A stretch of DNA of 64,000 nucleotides from Oikopleura dioica (Eukaryota; Animalia; Chordata): the NCBI GenBank assembly GCA_907165135.1, contig OU015567.1:8184001-8248000 (forward strand), given 5' to 3'. Under the pieces are notes generated by a model that saw only the letters and a program-made list of their open reading frames with translations, was not told the origin of the DNA and did not search any database. How positions within the stretch are numbered: the stretch's first letter is position 1; every line of letters begins with the position of its first letter. This document shows, piece after piece, positions 1 through 13,819 of this stretch. The position numbers were made by a program, and so were the translations under genes.

Positions 1-2061
1 ATCGTAAAGATAAGGAGGTACTTTTAAGTCGAATTTTAAAGAACATCCGCAAAAATGGACCAGCTCATTTTTTGACGGTCAGCAAAATGGTCAAGTCCTT
101 ACTGGATGTTCTCATACACGGTACTTCTCGAACCAAAAATATTTCCGAGACAAGACAGTGTATTTTCAGCTTTAGATCTGAAAAGCTTTTCTTTCAAAAA
201 GAATGCAAAGATGCCGTGTTATTCGGGAATATTTTGTTACATAGAAAAAAAATTATAAGCCTTTATCTCCTTGAATTACGGCGTCTTACTCTTCTTTTGG
301 CAGACTTATGCACTCAAAATTTGCAAATGGCCAGCGATTTCCAACGAGCTCGAGCAGTAAATCCGATTGCGATAAGTTCGAGATAGAGGGATGAAAACAG
401 GCGGCTACTTACTCGTTGCTCAGATAAGACGTAGTAAATGGGAACACCACTTTATCTCCCTCGTCCATGACGGAGAAAAACGCATCGAAGGCTTAATCAA
501 TGGCGTTAACGACTTTCAAAGGGTTTTTTAAGGGCTTTGGTCGTAAGGTGCGATTTCTGAACAAAAGTTTCTCACAAACTCTCAGACAGATTCACAAAAT
601 TTAATTTCGTTAATTCGGCTGTTGAGTGCATAATCTACTCAATAAACAAAGTAAACTAGTTTTGGCCATTTCCTGAAACACTAAGGAGTGCTTGAGTTTC
701 CTCTTCCGATGCTCCAGTAGTTCCTTCAAATGTTTATTATTCCATCGATGTCATTATCCTTACCAGAAAAGTCTTGCCCACATGAATTGACGTTATTGAA
801 AAAATGGACTGGCTTGAATAGTTGTAATGTCAATTAAACTGTTTTAAACAAACACTCGATGCTTACAAAATTATGCATAATATTCACTCCATCGCATCCA
901 ATGTTAGAAGCCTTTCGATTCTTCCTCCAGTTTGAATCGACCGATCTAAAAATTTTGATTAAAATTTCGAGTACTTTTTCCTTATCGAGCATCAGATCAC
1001 TAAAAGAGGTAGAAAACACCGCTTTAAAAAGATAAAAATTTGCTAAGCGGATACTGTAAACAATGCCCAACCCAGCGGTTCGAGTGATAAGAAGATTATA
1101 TCGCCGTTTTGAGCTGCTTGAAACTGGTGGAGTCAGCAAAATGGCAAACTTACTTGACACTGTTCTTCAGAAAATTTAGTTGTGTATGTCCACAAGCCGG
1201 ATTTTTGGCGAACGTTGCTCGAAAAAGTTAACATACTGACACCCTTAAGGTAAAGTGGACGAAGTTTTTTTATTTCATAAAAATTGTCTTCAATCAACTT
1301 CCGCAAAATTGTAATAATCGGTAGTTCTTTGTCAACGTGAATTACTGGTACTAGAAAACAGATTTCTACTTGTAGATAAACCGATAAACCAGACGAAGAT
1401 ATGTTGCGCATGGCCTTACATCCCGTGAATACCACAGTCATAGCCGAAAAAGCAGTCTGCATTAATAGGGGCTCAGAAGCTGTCATGACTTACTTGGAAT
1501 ATTCGTATCCATCTGGATTCAATTTTGGAATGATGGTCCAATCCACCTGTTGCGAGGTAAAAAAACAGTGTCTCTTAGACAGTTTCGACTAACGTTTGTT
1601 GACTTATCGGATGGAGCTGACCCTCAGGAAGAGGGTTGATCCAGTGCCACTCGACCGGGGCGGAGTTCTAACCGCGGTTAGCTCATGTTTATTATACCTT
1701 TCCTGGCTGAGTGACGATGTTTCGGAGTCGCTACTACTCAAATACGTAACTTTCAAGTGCTCAAACATCTTTTTACCCTTCAAACTCCCTTCAAAGAACC
1801 GAAAAGACAAAAAAAAAGCCGAGTTCACTTTCCTAAGCTCTCGCAAAAAGCAACAGCATTCCAATCGTTGCCCTGCGAGCCGCATTCTACAACAACGTGC
1901 GCAGGATCGGTCGATACAGATCTCGCAGGAAGCTTATGGGCTAGTATTGGGCGGCCTTCGAAGGTATTTCCCAAAAGAACTTCCTCGGCACTCACCGCAG
2001 TTGCCAAAAGAACTACTTGGCTGTTTGGTGGGTTCCGGATATTACTCGAAATTGTTTCCAA
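1..2061 (-). CDS. M14A zinc-carboxypeptidase-like protein, predicted catalytically inactive; multi-exon, 3' end runs off the window, 5' end not fixed
   Basis: Manually spliced exons give CPA/CPB motifs in the correct order: GNTFEGRPILAHKL, VVVECGSQGNDWNAVAFC (for IDxGIHAREW), VDWTIIPKLNPDGYEYS (~1490-1540), NWRKNRKASNIGCDGVNIMHNF (~870-950), SEEETQAL (~690-715), AFFSVMDEGDKVVFPF (for SxHSYSQ, ~430-500). Confidence 0.75.
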
Positions 2062-3150
2062 TCATTTTTAATGCAAAACTTATTCATTAAAAAAAAATTC
2101 ATTAAAACAAAATGTCTACTCGGATGTCTACATAGGATAATTTGTGTATAGCAGCATAATTTCAGGTCCCGAAAAGTTAATCCTAAAACATGACGCATGA
2201 AGTAAAATAAACCAAATTTGCAATACAGTAAACAGTTATGCCATAACTTAACTTATGCAGCTTAAATTAATTGCCCAACTAAAACTCACTTTATTTTACC
2301 TCCAAACACACCTTTTTCCTGAAACCCAACCTTAGAAGCCTCATTGCCTTGGCTTTTTCTCTATCTTTCTTTTAGATCTTTTAAGCCTATAGTTCAAAGT
2401 TTCCAACACAAATAAAACACGCAAAAGGCACATTTGGAATAACTCTCAAGAAGGATTTTCGTTTAATTTCGAAAAAGTGGTATGTACAGAATCTTGAGAT
2501 TAAAATTGCAGATTCAAAAATTTTTTCGAATTTTTGAAGAACGGTTTTTGTATGTACAAGATTTTCATAAAACTGCGGCGGTTTTCTGAGTTTTTGAATG
2601 GTAGCGTGGAGAATAAATGATATTGAATTTTGTAGCTGGATTTTGGACGAGGCATCTCGCTGGTTCCGGCAGTCGGTAATCATTTTACCGAGCTGTGATT
2701 TTGAATAAAAAAAGGAAGAAAGTAAAAAATTCAGAAGCGGCGGGTGATTTACAAATCTTAGCGTTTTTTGTCGCCTATTTACTGAATAGCACGATCGCCT
2801 TGGAAAGCGTAATAATTAGCCGTCAATTACTTCTCGACCGCTTTTTTCAAACTTTGAATTTTTCATCCTTTCGAGCGCAGATTTTTTATCGTGAAAATGG
2901 ATTTTTTGCCAAACTCGAATAGCCAATATTCGTTTTGTAAAAAAGCTTTTTCAAGCGCTGAGTATTGAAAAATTATTTTGAAAAAAGAGTCGCTTTGGCT
3001 AGTCCTAAAAATCGTTTTCCAAACGGCAAATTGAAAGGGCCCTTATTATAAATGTATAATACGAAGGGCTCCTTTTTTAGATAATATAAAAGGAGGATGG
3101 GCATAATATCGGTCTATGTATAAAAAAAAAGAATGGTCGTATAAAAAGAC

Positions 3151-6100
3151 TTAGTATTCTTCGTGCCAAGAGACGATGTTGCGTTTGATCTTGGTCTGAT
3201 AGTCCTGGAAGTTGACGTCCTCCTTGCACTCTTTGTGGACGTTGTACTTCCAGTAACTCATCACACTTTTGATGCTTTGCTTCTTCTTTTGGGCACGCAT
3301 CTCCCGCACGCGGCGGCAGAGGAGGCAGATTGTTCGATTGACGGTGCCAAGGTTCTGCAGGCAGCCGTCAGCTGTCTTGGGCCCTTCAGTGTACAGATTT
3401 CGCCAGGCGTGGTACTCCATGTAAGCTGTGTTGTTCTTATCGAGATATTCCAAGTATTCCACGAGTTCTTTTGGTGAGTCAAAGTCCTTAAAATAAGAAA
3501 TTATAGATTTGCTGTAATTTCATTGGATAAGCCTATTTTCAGATAGTTGGCGTTCTTGTGAGGGTTTCTCGGCTTTCTGATTGGCGAAAAATGAAAGGTG
3601 GCGCTATTTGTAAGAAACTGAGAAAAATGCTGCAAATTTATTGGGTACAACTGTTTTGATGGCGCTGTTATTAGTTATGTTCGGTTCTGATTGGTTAGAA
3701 AGAGAAATTTACGCTGTTTGGTGAAAAACATCGATTTGCAAGGAAAAAGGTTGAATATTGAATAAGGGCTCTTAATATAGCATTCTCTGAGGATTCTCAA
3801 TCGTGGCTCGTTGGTCTAGGGGTATGATACTCGCTTAGGGTGCGAGTGGTCCCGGGTTCAAATCCCGGACGAGCCCTGTTGCTTTTTGATTTTGAGAATT
3901 CGTATTCATTTTTGCTGGGAAACTTCCTCTTCAACAGCATTTGAGCTTTGAACTCCATGTCACGAGAGGATGGGGCTCTCCTGATTTCGAATTCAGGCAT
4001 GCGGAGGTGAATAACAAAGCTTCATTCTAGGGGATCGCGCCACGAATGTTGGCTGGGAAGTTGGCCGATAAGCGGCTGACTCCCTCTCTATGCATAATTT
4101 CTAAAAAGAACTCGACCCCTTCTAACCTAATAGAGAGACTACAAAATTACTGTTTCAAAAAAAACAGCCGTAGTGAATAATCCGGAAAGAATAAAGTTTC
4201 GAAATTACGGTTATTCAATGCAACAAATCACCAAAGAATAGGATGGCCAAGAAACGAGTGTACCTCTGCTAGAATGTAGGAGTTCGGAGGAGCAACAGCT
4301 TTGACATCATCTGGATGAGGGCCGTAGACGACTGGAACCAATTCGTTGTTGAATGAATTGCGCCAGAACTTTTCGCTGAATAAATATCGTTACATGCCGC
4401 AAATTTGAAAGACTAACAAAAGTCTTTGGAAGATAAAACTTCCACAGAACACACGTCGTTTCGAATCTAACTGAGACGGATTACCGCACGAAAAGAACAC
4501 AATTTTCTCGTGAAAATACGCGCCTTAGAATGATATTCAGAAGTTGCGTTCATTTTTTTAAGTTGAAAGACAAGTTCATAGTTCAACGTTCAAATCAACC
4601 ACAAGAAAAAAGAGAAATAGAGTCTAAGAGAATTGGTTAAAGCTCCATTCTAGTAAAGTGAATGGTAATCCAATTGAATACTAACCTAATGTAGTCGTTG
4701 CAATGGAAGGCGTTTTCAAAAGCCAAGTAAAATTTCAGTTTCTTGAGCGGGAAAAGCTCTGACCCTCCCTTTCCAAAAGCCTTAGGAGTAGCATGCCCAA
4801 AGCATTCTCCTTCTGAGTAGAGTTTCAAACCGTCGGCAATTAATTGGGCGCCGTATTCGAATCGCTTTTGGTGGTTTTATTTACTGTTAATCTACGCACG
4901 CTTTTCTTGGCTCCAGGTTGAACAAGGACGACATGTTCGATAACATGCCTTTTGAGCGAATTAACCTAGGATAAGCGCACATGTTTAGGGTGGTTCTAAA
5001 ATGTCCCTCCGGCTTTTTTTTTATTTTGCGCAGCAACGTTAGCTGTACTTTTTCTTCCGCTATCTGGTAGGAACATGCGCTGATACGCTCCTCCGCCACA
5101 TAGTGATAAGCCTCCATAAAGTACCATACACCAGGGTTCGAAATCACCTTAAAATCACCTAAAAGTGATATTTTTGAAATTCGAAATAACTACCTCACCG
5201 TAATAATTTTTTAAGAAATTAAAAGAATAACAATTTATAAGACTTTTGAAGTGATTATTGAAGGATTTGTCACATTAGAACGGAGGAGAGAACACGATTT
5301 ATACCGGAAAAATCATCACTTTTAGGTGATTTTAAGGTGATTTCGAACCCTGCCATACACACTATGGTATCTTCACCAGAATTTTCCGCGGTGACTAAAA
5401 TGATTGTTTTCTAAAAAACAACTTCTATTATTAAGTTCATATGAGAGCTTTCGAAAGTTGCAAATAAGCTTGCCTTAGTTCCACGAAGGCTCTCGTAATT
5501 TAGCTCGAGCTTTAGAAGGCCTAGTATTCTAGCCCTCACGAGCGCGTATCAATTTACTGCCGATTTATGACTCCTAAATCCGATAAGCGCGAAATTGCGT
5601 GGATAAAATCACTCCTAACGAACCCTGAACACTTCAAATATCGATTAAATAACGTCGTCGTCATCCGAGAGCCCGTTACTATAACTGCAAATAAACCATT
5701 CCTTTACGGCTCCAGGAGTCTTTCCGCAGTTGGAGACGAACCAAGCCGTGTTGAATTCGTTACCAGCTGGGTACTTGTTTGCCATCAATTGACGAGCATA
5801 ATCCTCGTCAGACATCACCAACTCACCCTTTTCATCAAATCTAGCGCTAGTGATGACGGACTCGATGTCGCCAAATCGACGGGAAATGTCGGAATCGAGA
5901 CGGTAGGTCATTGTCACATTGAAGGCGGAATCAACTTCTCGAGGAATTGTTGATGGTTGTTCTGATCCCTGAAAAATAATGATGAAGACCGATTTTTGAG
6001 ACGAAGAAATCGACATTCGAAAATTCAGATTTGTCTATTTCGAGAGATTATCTTACCTTGATAGCAGATTCCTTGTTCTCAAAGGCCCAGATCTGCGAAA

Positions 6101-9100
6101 GATTTCTATTTTCCAAATCCGGGAAGCCGGCATCGCTGTCGCCACCGTCCCCCGCACGTTGCGAAAGACGGTTAACGCCGTGTTTAAGAACACTTTGGAG
6201 CGGTCCATTCGGAATCACGATTGCGTCAGCTGTCTGTTCTTTGCTCCGATCCGTAGTTAAGATGCACGTTCCACATTGCTCCTAGAAAGAAAGATTTAAT
6301 GAACAAGCGGGACTTTTTCGAATTGAGCGGAAGCTTCGTTAACTTGGGTTACGCTTCGTTCAAAGAAAGAATAAGACAAAACTGTGAACCCTCAGAAACC
6401 GCCAAAAAGAACGCGATTCTTCACGGCTAATGGTCTTTTTGCTCATGTAATACTAGCTCCAAAATGGATTTTTCGCCCATTCTAAATGATCCAGAATTCG
6501 AGTGAAGGCGTAATAGAATTACGTTAACTCATAATCGGATTACTACAGTAACTGTTCGTGAACGTGGTTTTTAAAGAAGAAGCGTTATGAAACCTAAGTT
6601 ATGAAAAAAACATAGCTTATGTTTCCGAAGATTGAGTTAAAAATTTGGGTTGCTGGATGTTTTGGGTCGAAATATTTTATGTCTTTCAAAACACTAGAAT
6701 ATTTACAAAAATAATTTTCACGTAAGAAACTGCCAAAGGATCAGTTTTAGAGACCTTGACTGTCTCCAAGTCATTTTGTCAAAATAAAGGTTTTTTCTTT
6801 TCGAACAGTTAGAAAATCCTGACTCAGGCTTTTAACATGGGTTCTGGAGCCCAGACGATGACTACCCCCTTAAAAGCTAGGCGAGAGCGAAGCTCATCAG
6901 CGTAATTACTGACTGCATTTGTCATCGTTTAAAAATCCCGTACGTCAAGGTCATTCATTCTCGTAATTACGCTCTCCAAAAAATGCTCAACTTGCTCTTC
7001 TTCCAATTTTTCTGGATAGATGGATTTCTTGGTGAGCGTTTTTGGTCACCGCTGCGGCCTGAGAAATAAGCTAAAATTCAGCGCGGCGCTGGAATGCCTG
7101 AAAATCGTGAAGAATTTTTTTAATGGCCTGGCGTGGTTTTCTCGGGTGAACGAACTACTCCAGAAATTGCCACAAAAATCACAAAGCTGCCCGTTTTCGC
7201 CGTAATCATTATTCACGAGCTCAATTACGAGGAACGAGGAAAATGGAACAAATTTCTATTAGACGAAAAAATTCTTTAAACTTGAGAGTTTTGTCTTTGT
7301 TATCAAGTTTTGAAAATAAAGGCGAGTTTATATCGAAAAACCACTTATTATCTTTATCTCAAGAGCGATTTTTAACCATAGTTAAGAGTCCTAAGGCTAA
7401 AATTTACGATATGAAGCAATGAACCCATTTTTAGTCAAAGCTTTGACCCAAAATTGAATAAAAAACGGTCAGTTCTGAGCGAAAAACAGCCAAAAACTTT
7501 CAATTTCTTCCTGAAAATCGACCAAAAACGGCTAAATTTCAGGCCAAAAATAGGTCAAGACGATTGAATTTCAGAAAAGAAGTCATGAGTCTCAAGATCT
7601 CTGGAAACTTTCAAGACAACAGTCAAAAAAAAGTCCCCAGACCGAACATGTCAGGTAATAAGGACCCCTTTTTTAAAAGAATATAACTTACGTGATTTTC
7701 CCACTTAGAGTCTTGTCGCACGTTATGTCCAGTATGCGCAAACCACCATAGAATTTCAACAGGCTCGGCATCGGCGTGAGACTCCATTTGCGCCGTAGTC
7801 CAGATTTTCTTCTTCCAATCTTCTTCATCCTTTTTTGTGAGGGGCTTTGATGAAGGTTTCTTATTTGAGAAAACAAATGAAGAGAGATTTTTCCAATAAG
7901 CCCTTAAAAGTGCGTGAAATAATCGATTCGCACCTTGTTAGCTTAAAAATTTAACGGTTTAAATTTTGGAATTACGTTGCGAGCGAAACGTGCCTCGTTT
8001 TTCTGGCAAGGGATGATCCTGCCGATCGGTGACTAGATAATTGGAGGTGTCGAGAATTGACGGTGAAAATTTGATAAGTTTCTAATAGCGGCTTAGAATG
8101 ACACTTCTTTTTAGATTTTTTCAGAAAAAAGATACCGATGATTTCAGACTCAAATTATCGGTTGCGCCGCCACTAAGGACTTCGTGGCTTCTCATTTGCC
8201 TCATCTCATCACCGCTTGGATTTTTAGAGTAAAAAATGCTTACTAAGTCCTTTTCGGTTTTTATGAAAAAGCTTCTCGAGCTATTTTTCGAAAACGAAAT
8301 TTCCAATTTCTAGCGCTTGTCTGACCTTATCAAATTTGCATCATGAACGACCCCAAGTCCCTCAATTTTATTTTCCCCGTTCTAATGGAACATCATTTGC
8401 TCTAAAAGTTCAACCTTTTCCTGAATTAATTGCTGGTGTTTGGCTGCCATTTTTTGGCTGATTTCGTCGTCGACAGTTTTTGAATCTTCGAAATGGAGCT
8501 TTCCATAGGACTTTGAACTGGTGATACAATTAGTTTAAAAAAAGATAAGGCAAGAGCTTAATTTGACGGGGAGGAGAAAAATGACGTTTTAGATGTGACA
8601 GATATTTTTGATAAAGATGACCTCGGAAAGGCGATAACCGCGCTTAGTTGTAAAGGTTCTTCTGGAGGGCGATTAGGATCTTTGGACAATGGAAGCGAAA
8701 TTTTTACAGTAAGAACTCATGCCGAATAATGGCGATGATAAAGAACGCTTCTTAACGTCATGACGAAAAAACGATATACAAGACCATTTTTGGTACAAGA
8801 CCATATCATATTTATCTAAAATTTCCTTCAGAAAAATTCACCATTCCTTGTGTTTCTTATGTTTCTTGTCATTTTCTTCATGAATCTTTGCCGTCATGAT
8901 CGGCATTTGTGTCGTGGTCACTTCTTTGTCGAGAGATCGTTTCTGGTGCTTTCTGAAGCCTTCTTGTACCGCTGTCAGGCTTTCTTGCCAGGTGATAAAA
9001 GAGACCATGGCAAGGAGCGCAGCGATGAATAACGAAACGCATGCGCTTCGAAAGGACACGCTGGGCCTAGGAATATTTTAATCCAGGAAGCGGCGCTGGT

Positions 9101-9108
9101 CCAAACAT
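3151..9108 (-). CDS. Alpha-1,3-fucosyltransferase (glycosyltransferase family 10), about 7 exons
   Basis: Exons approx 8847-9066 (type II TM anchor), 7690-7859 (EILWWF), 6052-6282 (CILTTDRS..ADAIV), ~5705-5968 (NVTMTYRLDSDI, AWFVSNC), 4686-4864 (KFYLAFENAFHCNDYI), 4264-4375 (SEKFWRNS..VPVVYG..VAPPNSYI), 3151-3486 (DFDSPKELVEYLEYLDKNNTAYMEYHAWR). Start uncertain: ATG at 9108 is out of frame across an A4 run. Confidence 0.9.
3805..3876 (+). tRNA. tRNA-Pro: tRNA-Pro(AGG)
   Basis: 72-nt GGCTCGTTGGTCTAGGGG...CTCGC-TTAGGGT-GCGAG...GGTTCAAATCCCGGACGAGCCC; canonical A and B boxes, anticodon AGG, T5 pol III terminator at 3883-3887. Lies antisense inside fucosyltransferase intron 3487-4263. Confidence 0.97.
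5132..5352. mobile_element. hAT-type MITE (221 bp)
   Basis: Perfect ~38-bp TIRs beginning CAGGGTTCGAAATCACC; 8-bp TSD CCATACAC at 5124-5131 and 5353-5360; located in a fucosyltransferase intron. Confidence 0.9.
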
Positions 9109-11517
9109 AGTTACGTCTTAGGTATAGCAGACATAATAAGTTTTATTATTAGATTATGATTAGTAATATGTTTGCTCAAATAAGAAATTAGTCATCTTTT
9201 TTAAGTTATTTTAAATAATATTATTAAAGTATTTTTGTATTTTTGATTCTATCAAATTTTTGATTGATAAAGAAACATGTAGAATTATCGATTTGATGAA
9301 TTATGAATCATAATTTTTGATCCTTATTAGGACCCTAATCAAACGGTCAATTTTTTAATCTCGTCAAGGAATTTACTCTTTGATAATCATTATCTCATTT
9401 ATAATGGTAAAAATACTGTAAAAAAATCAAATATTCGGGAACAAAAATAATAAAAAAAAATATTTCGCAATTTTCTGGCTTTGAATCTAACCCTTTATTT
9501 CTGTGCAAATTACAGCACATCTTTCTCGACTCCTTCTTTCTTTCTTCCTTTTAATAAATCTCTGAGTCCTCGAATGAAAAAAAAAACCGACACCACTTTC
9601 TACTAATCTTTAACAAAGGGACGCGGGTGACCTTCGCTAACGGGGCGCAGCAAGCGGGGTCAACGGGCGCGCGCCGCGGATCACTGGCGCCCTCTGAGCG
9701 CTAAAGAACGCGCGTATTTTCTGTACCGCGCGGGCCGTTATACATAAAAAGCGCCAAAGAGCAAGTCGTGCACTATTCTGTGTGTCCAAATCATCTTTCA
9801 CCAGGGCTTAATGCGATAACTAGACTCATTGGGTGATAGACTTTCTAAGTCTTTCCACGGTAGTCTTGGTAGACTAAGATATTTATCAAGGACTTTTTAA
9901 GTACTAAGTCGTCTATCAATAATTTTCTACAGCCACATTTAAACGTCTAACTTTGATAGAAGTTCGATTCATAAGAATTTTTCTAATAGAGTCTCATTCA
10001 ACTCATCCAAGAATTAATTCGATCTGCCTTCTCTTATCTCTTTTATGACAAAATCGCTAACTCGATGGATTCACTCCTAATGGATTTAGCTCGACCCAAA
10101 ACAGGCTTATTCAGATAAACCATTTACGGTGGAACATCGTTAAAGAGCCGGGACAAGGGTCTTTCCATCCGGCAAGAAGAGGGATCAACAAGTATCTCTA
10201 TCCTGACCCCTATCCTGGTACTTAATCGATTCCATAAAAATTCGCTCAAAAATTTGGGAAAAACGAAGATCTGGAGAGGTGGAGTTCGAGTTCCTACGAG
10301 TTCAAGCTCGTAAACCGTTCCTGAGCTACAGCATAACTACTCTGCTCCTGCATATATAAAAGTCTGTGTGTGTTAGAGGTTCGCAGACTTGGACGAACTC
10401 AATTTGTTATGCCCAAGGAAAAATAAATATTCTTTTTGCTCGAGTGGAACTAATTTGTTGCTCATTCAAGTTTTCGATTAATTGCACAACAATTTGTGAT
10501 ACTATGTAAAATACATCAGTTTTATTGACGCTGTTCATTTATGAAAGCATTTTAGAAAAATGCGACCTTGTTTTTTCATCAACTTTTACCTCTCAATTTT
10601 CCGATGCGTCTTTTTTTCATCTTCTTTTTTCTTTCAATTTGGCATTAATGAGTTCATAAATTGGCTTTTTACTGTCTTTTCAATGTCATTTAATATGATC
10701 AATTTGTCACTATGTCTTTATCGATTTCATCAGCGTTTCCTGAATAAATTATATCATGAAATTTTTAAGACATTACGAAAAACTTACGTTTTACTTGGAT
10801 CGTCAACAAGAAAGCACATGTTTCGCGGTTTTTTATAAGTAAGACAAATTTAAGGGCTCGGAAGCTGAGGGATCTCGGGAATTTTAGAAATGGACAATAA
10901 AAACGTGAGTTACTAAAAGTTTAACTTTCAATATATTTTCTTGGCCACGTGATATACGGGCTCGGAGTACAGAAGGTCTTCAGATTGCGGTTTTGTCGGA
11001 GATAAGAGCGTCAAAACCGCTTTTTTCGCTTTATGACTTTGATTAAACTTTAGCCTAGTAGTTGCCCATGTAATTTTCTTTTTATCTTTGTAGCTTTTGA
11101 GCTGGCCTTAATTTTTCTTCACTTTTCTAAAAGAGCTTTATCCGGATTAGGTTCTCGTTGAGAGAAGAAAAATAACCTTTAACTCTTTTTTCGCCAAATA
11201 ACGGTTGGATCAAGCACGTGACAGAATAATGATGATAAAGGTTGGGTAACTCTTTCATGAATAATTCGGTCATAGCAAAGTGCGCCAAGATACCGTAAAA
11301 ACGTGCGCCGCGAAATATCAAGAATTCTGTCACACCAAGTGTGCGCACATTCCGAGTTCATTTCTTCGGATAAACTCCTTAATGAGGTCACAAGAACACG
11401 AAATTTAGAGCGTTAGTTTTTCGTTACTCATCGATGGATATTTATTTTATTCGATTTGCACTCAAGCGGTGCGAAAGGAAAGAGTGTGTCAATAAGAAAG
11501 AGGTCTTAAAATCTAAG

Positions 11518-13024
11518 ATGGGGCTCGACGGAGAGATTTCAAAAACGCAAAATGATTTGGATCATTTCAAATGTGGAATTTGTTTCGAGTAAGTTTTATA
11601 ACAAGAAACACAAACTTTAATTCTTCAGGATATTTAAAGACCCTTTGGAATTATGCTGCTGTAATAAAAATATTTGCAGCATGTGTATCAACGATTGGCT
11701 TAAAAACAAAACTCGGAATGACAAAGTATGCCCGTTTTGTCGAGGCTCACAGCATCCGAGGAGAACGAAAAAGAACAAAGTATTTTGTGAAATTCTTGAG
11801 TCGACAAATCTTGTCTGTAAAAACGATTGGTGTCGAGCACTTATTCCTTATGGAAATTATAAAAATCATGTTGATGGTTGCAATTCCGCTTTATCAAAAC
11901 GTAAATCAATAAATACATAGCATTTCTTTTTATTATTAGTTTGTGATTTCTGTGGCATCGGTGTTTTGCAACGAAAGATGAAAAAACATCAAGAAGAAGA
12001 ATGCGCTCCATCTTTATTATATCAACTGACCGTATTGAGAGGCAGTATGAAAGAATCATCATTGAAGAAAGATAATTCTGAGAGAGAACTCAAAATTGTT
12101 CAATCATCAAAGAAAAACGACGAGGATCCATCACTTGTAAAGATTTGTGACAAACTCGAATTACTTGAGAAGGAAATCTTTTCAAAAGAAAAATCAAATG
12201 AAATTGTCGCGGACATAAAAGAAGAAGTCAAATCACTGAAACAACAAATTATTTATGACCGGGAAATTATGCTTCGAAATATTATGGATAAATTTGAATC
12301 GTTCGACAAAGAAGATTCTCAAAAGCTTAAAAAAGCTCTTGAAGATCTCAAACAGCGCGAATTGAAAATCGACTTTCTCCAGTCTCAAATAGTAAGCCTC
12401 AAGAGTGAATTGGAAATAGCAAAGGACTGTCCGTTCAAATCATTGTATGAAAGAACAAAGAAAAACACTGGCGAACTTGCATCTCAGCTTTCAAACATAA
12501 AAAAGGAGCTTCATCAATCAGAAGAACTTATTAAAGAGTATAAAAAATATTATTATCGAGTAGAAAATTACAAGAGATATGTAAACAATTTTTGCCTATT
12601 TCGAGATGATTACGCTAATGTCCCTGGATGCAAATGCCCCGGTTGTAGATTAAACGTAATGGATAATGATTTTTATGAATTTAGGGTAGTCCTATCTTCG
12701 ATGATGCTCTGTACCTCAATGATAATTTTGACATTTATTATTGAGAAATATTTTGGTTACTGGTATTCGTGGCTTACTTGGCTAGCGTTTCTTTTCCTTG
12801 ACGAAAAAATAAAGAAGGTCCACGTTGAAGGAACCTTTATAAAAAATTGCGAGGACTTTACACATTTTATTTTTCTTTCTTTCTTTTTCTTGCCTGTGTC
12901 GCTGGATAACTATTATTATTCTATAGCGGCATTTATAATATCATTTATTTTTCTTGGATGCGCGTTCGATCATTTACCACCGAAGAAACTACTGTACAGA
13001 TTATTCAAACCTATGAATGATTAA
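11518..13024 (+). CDS. RING finger / TRAF-type zinc finger / coiled-coil protein with C-terminal transmembrane segments (putative membrane E3 ligase)
   Basis: ATG 11518; GT-AG introns ~11589-11628 and ~11901-11940 join FKCGICFE-IFKDPLELCCCNKNICSMC..CPFC (RING), CKNDWCRALIPYGNYKNHVDGC and CDFCGIGVLQRKMKKHQEEEC (TRAF/SIAH-like fingers), a long heptad region and 3-4 hydrophobic helices. Confidence 0.8.
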
Positions 13025-13819
13025 AATTTGACTGCAATTATTACGATAAATATTTGAATACGTTTAAAAGACAGCGTTTAATTTTCAGCTTTTTCGAAGA
13101 TAGGGCGCATCTCTCATAAAAAATGATAAACGAACTTCGTCACGAAGCTTTAGAAAGCCTTTGAAAAATAGGGCTTGGCGGGTGAGGCCAATCATAGCCT
13201 GATAAGGAAGCCGCCTATCTCCGGTAACGATTTTTCGATTTACGCTCGTTTAAAGTCCCTCTTGAACTTCTTGAGTTAGGTAACACAAGTAATGCGAGCT
13301 GCAACGTATGAAAAGTCTTTTATTGAACCGGTTTTACTAACGCTACTGTGGCTGAAAAAGAATACGGTCAACGAATTTGTTTTTCGATGAAGTGAGCTCT
13401 GTTGCGACAAAAAAATCCTAATCGATTTCTAACGACATGAAGGCTTTCCTAAGTTTTGCGCACGTTTTTAAACATTGCTCTCGAATGAGGTCACGCTGTT
13501 CAATTAAGGACCTCTTTAGGCGCAATAATAAAGGTCTTCTTTGGTCTAAAGTAGAGTAGGAATTTCAGCAATTCTCCGCCTTTTCGCGAAGTGATTAATA
13601 ATGAACGATTCATGACTAGAACTGGTAAAGCTAATTTATCACAATTGCAAGCTGCTTTTTTCAAAGTTTTAACTAGCAAATTGCAAGTGACGAACATGAG
13701 TGATCACACGTTGCGAAGTCTTAACGTTTCTAGTGCTCTCATTATTATTCCGGCGAAGACAAAGCAAGCAGTACTTTAACACCTTAATTCTGCAGCAATA
13801 AAAACAGTAAATTCATACA

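Noticed and set aside
4865-5701. GA-AG intron in the fucosyltransferase (AVK-RFEY)
   Set aside because: A canonical GT donor 6 nt upstream gives the same frame, so a non-canonical site is not required.
9540-10400. GC-rich patch with TGGCGCCC (9685-9692, PBS-like) and TATATAAAA (10353-10361), suggesting an LTR remnant
   Set aside because: Only 8 nt match a PBS, there is no paired LTR, and there are no retroelement protein motifs in any frame.
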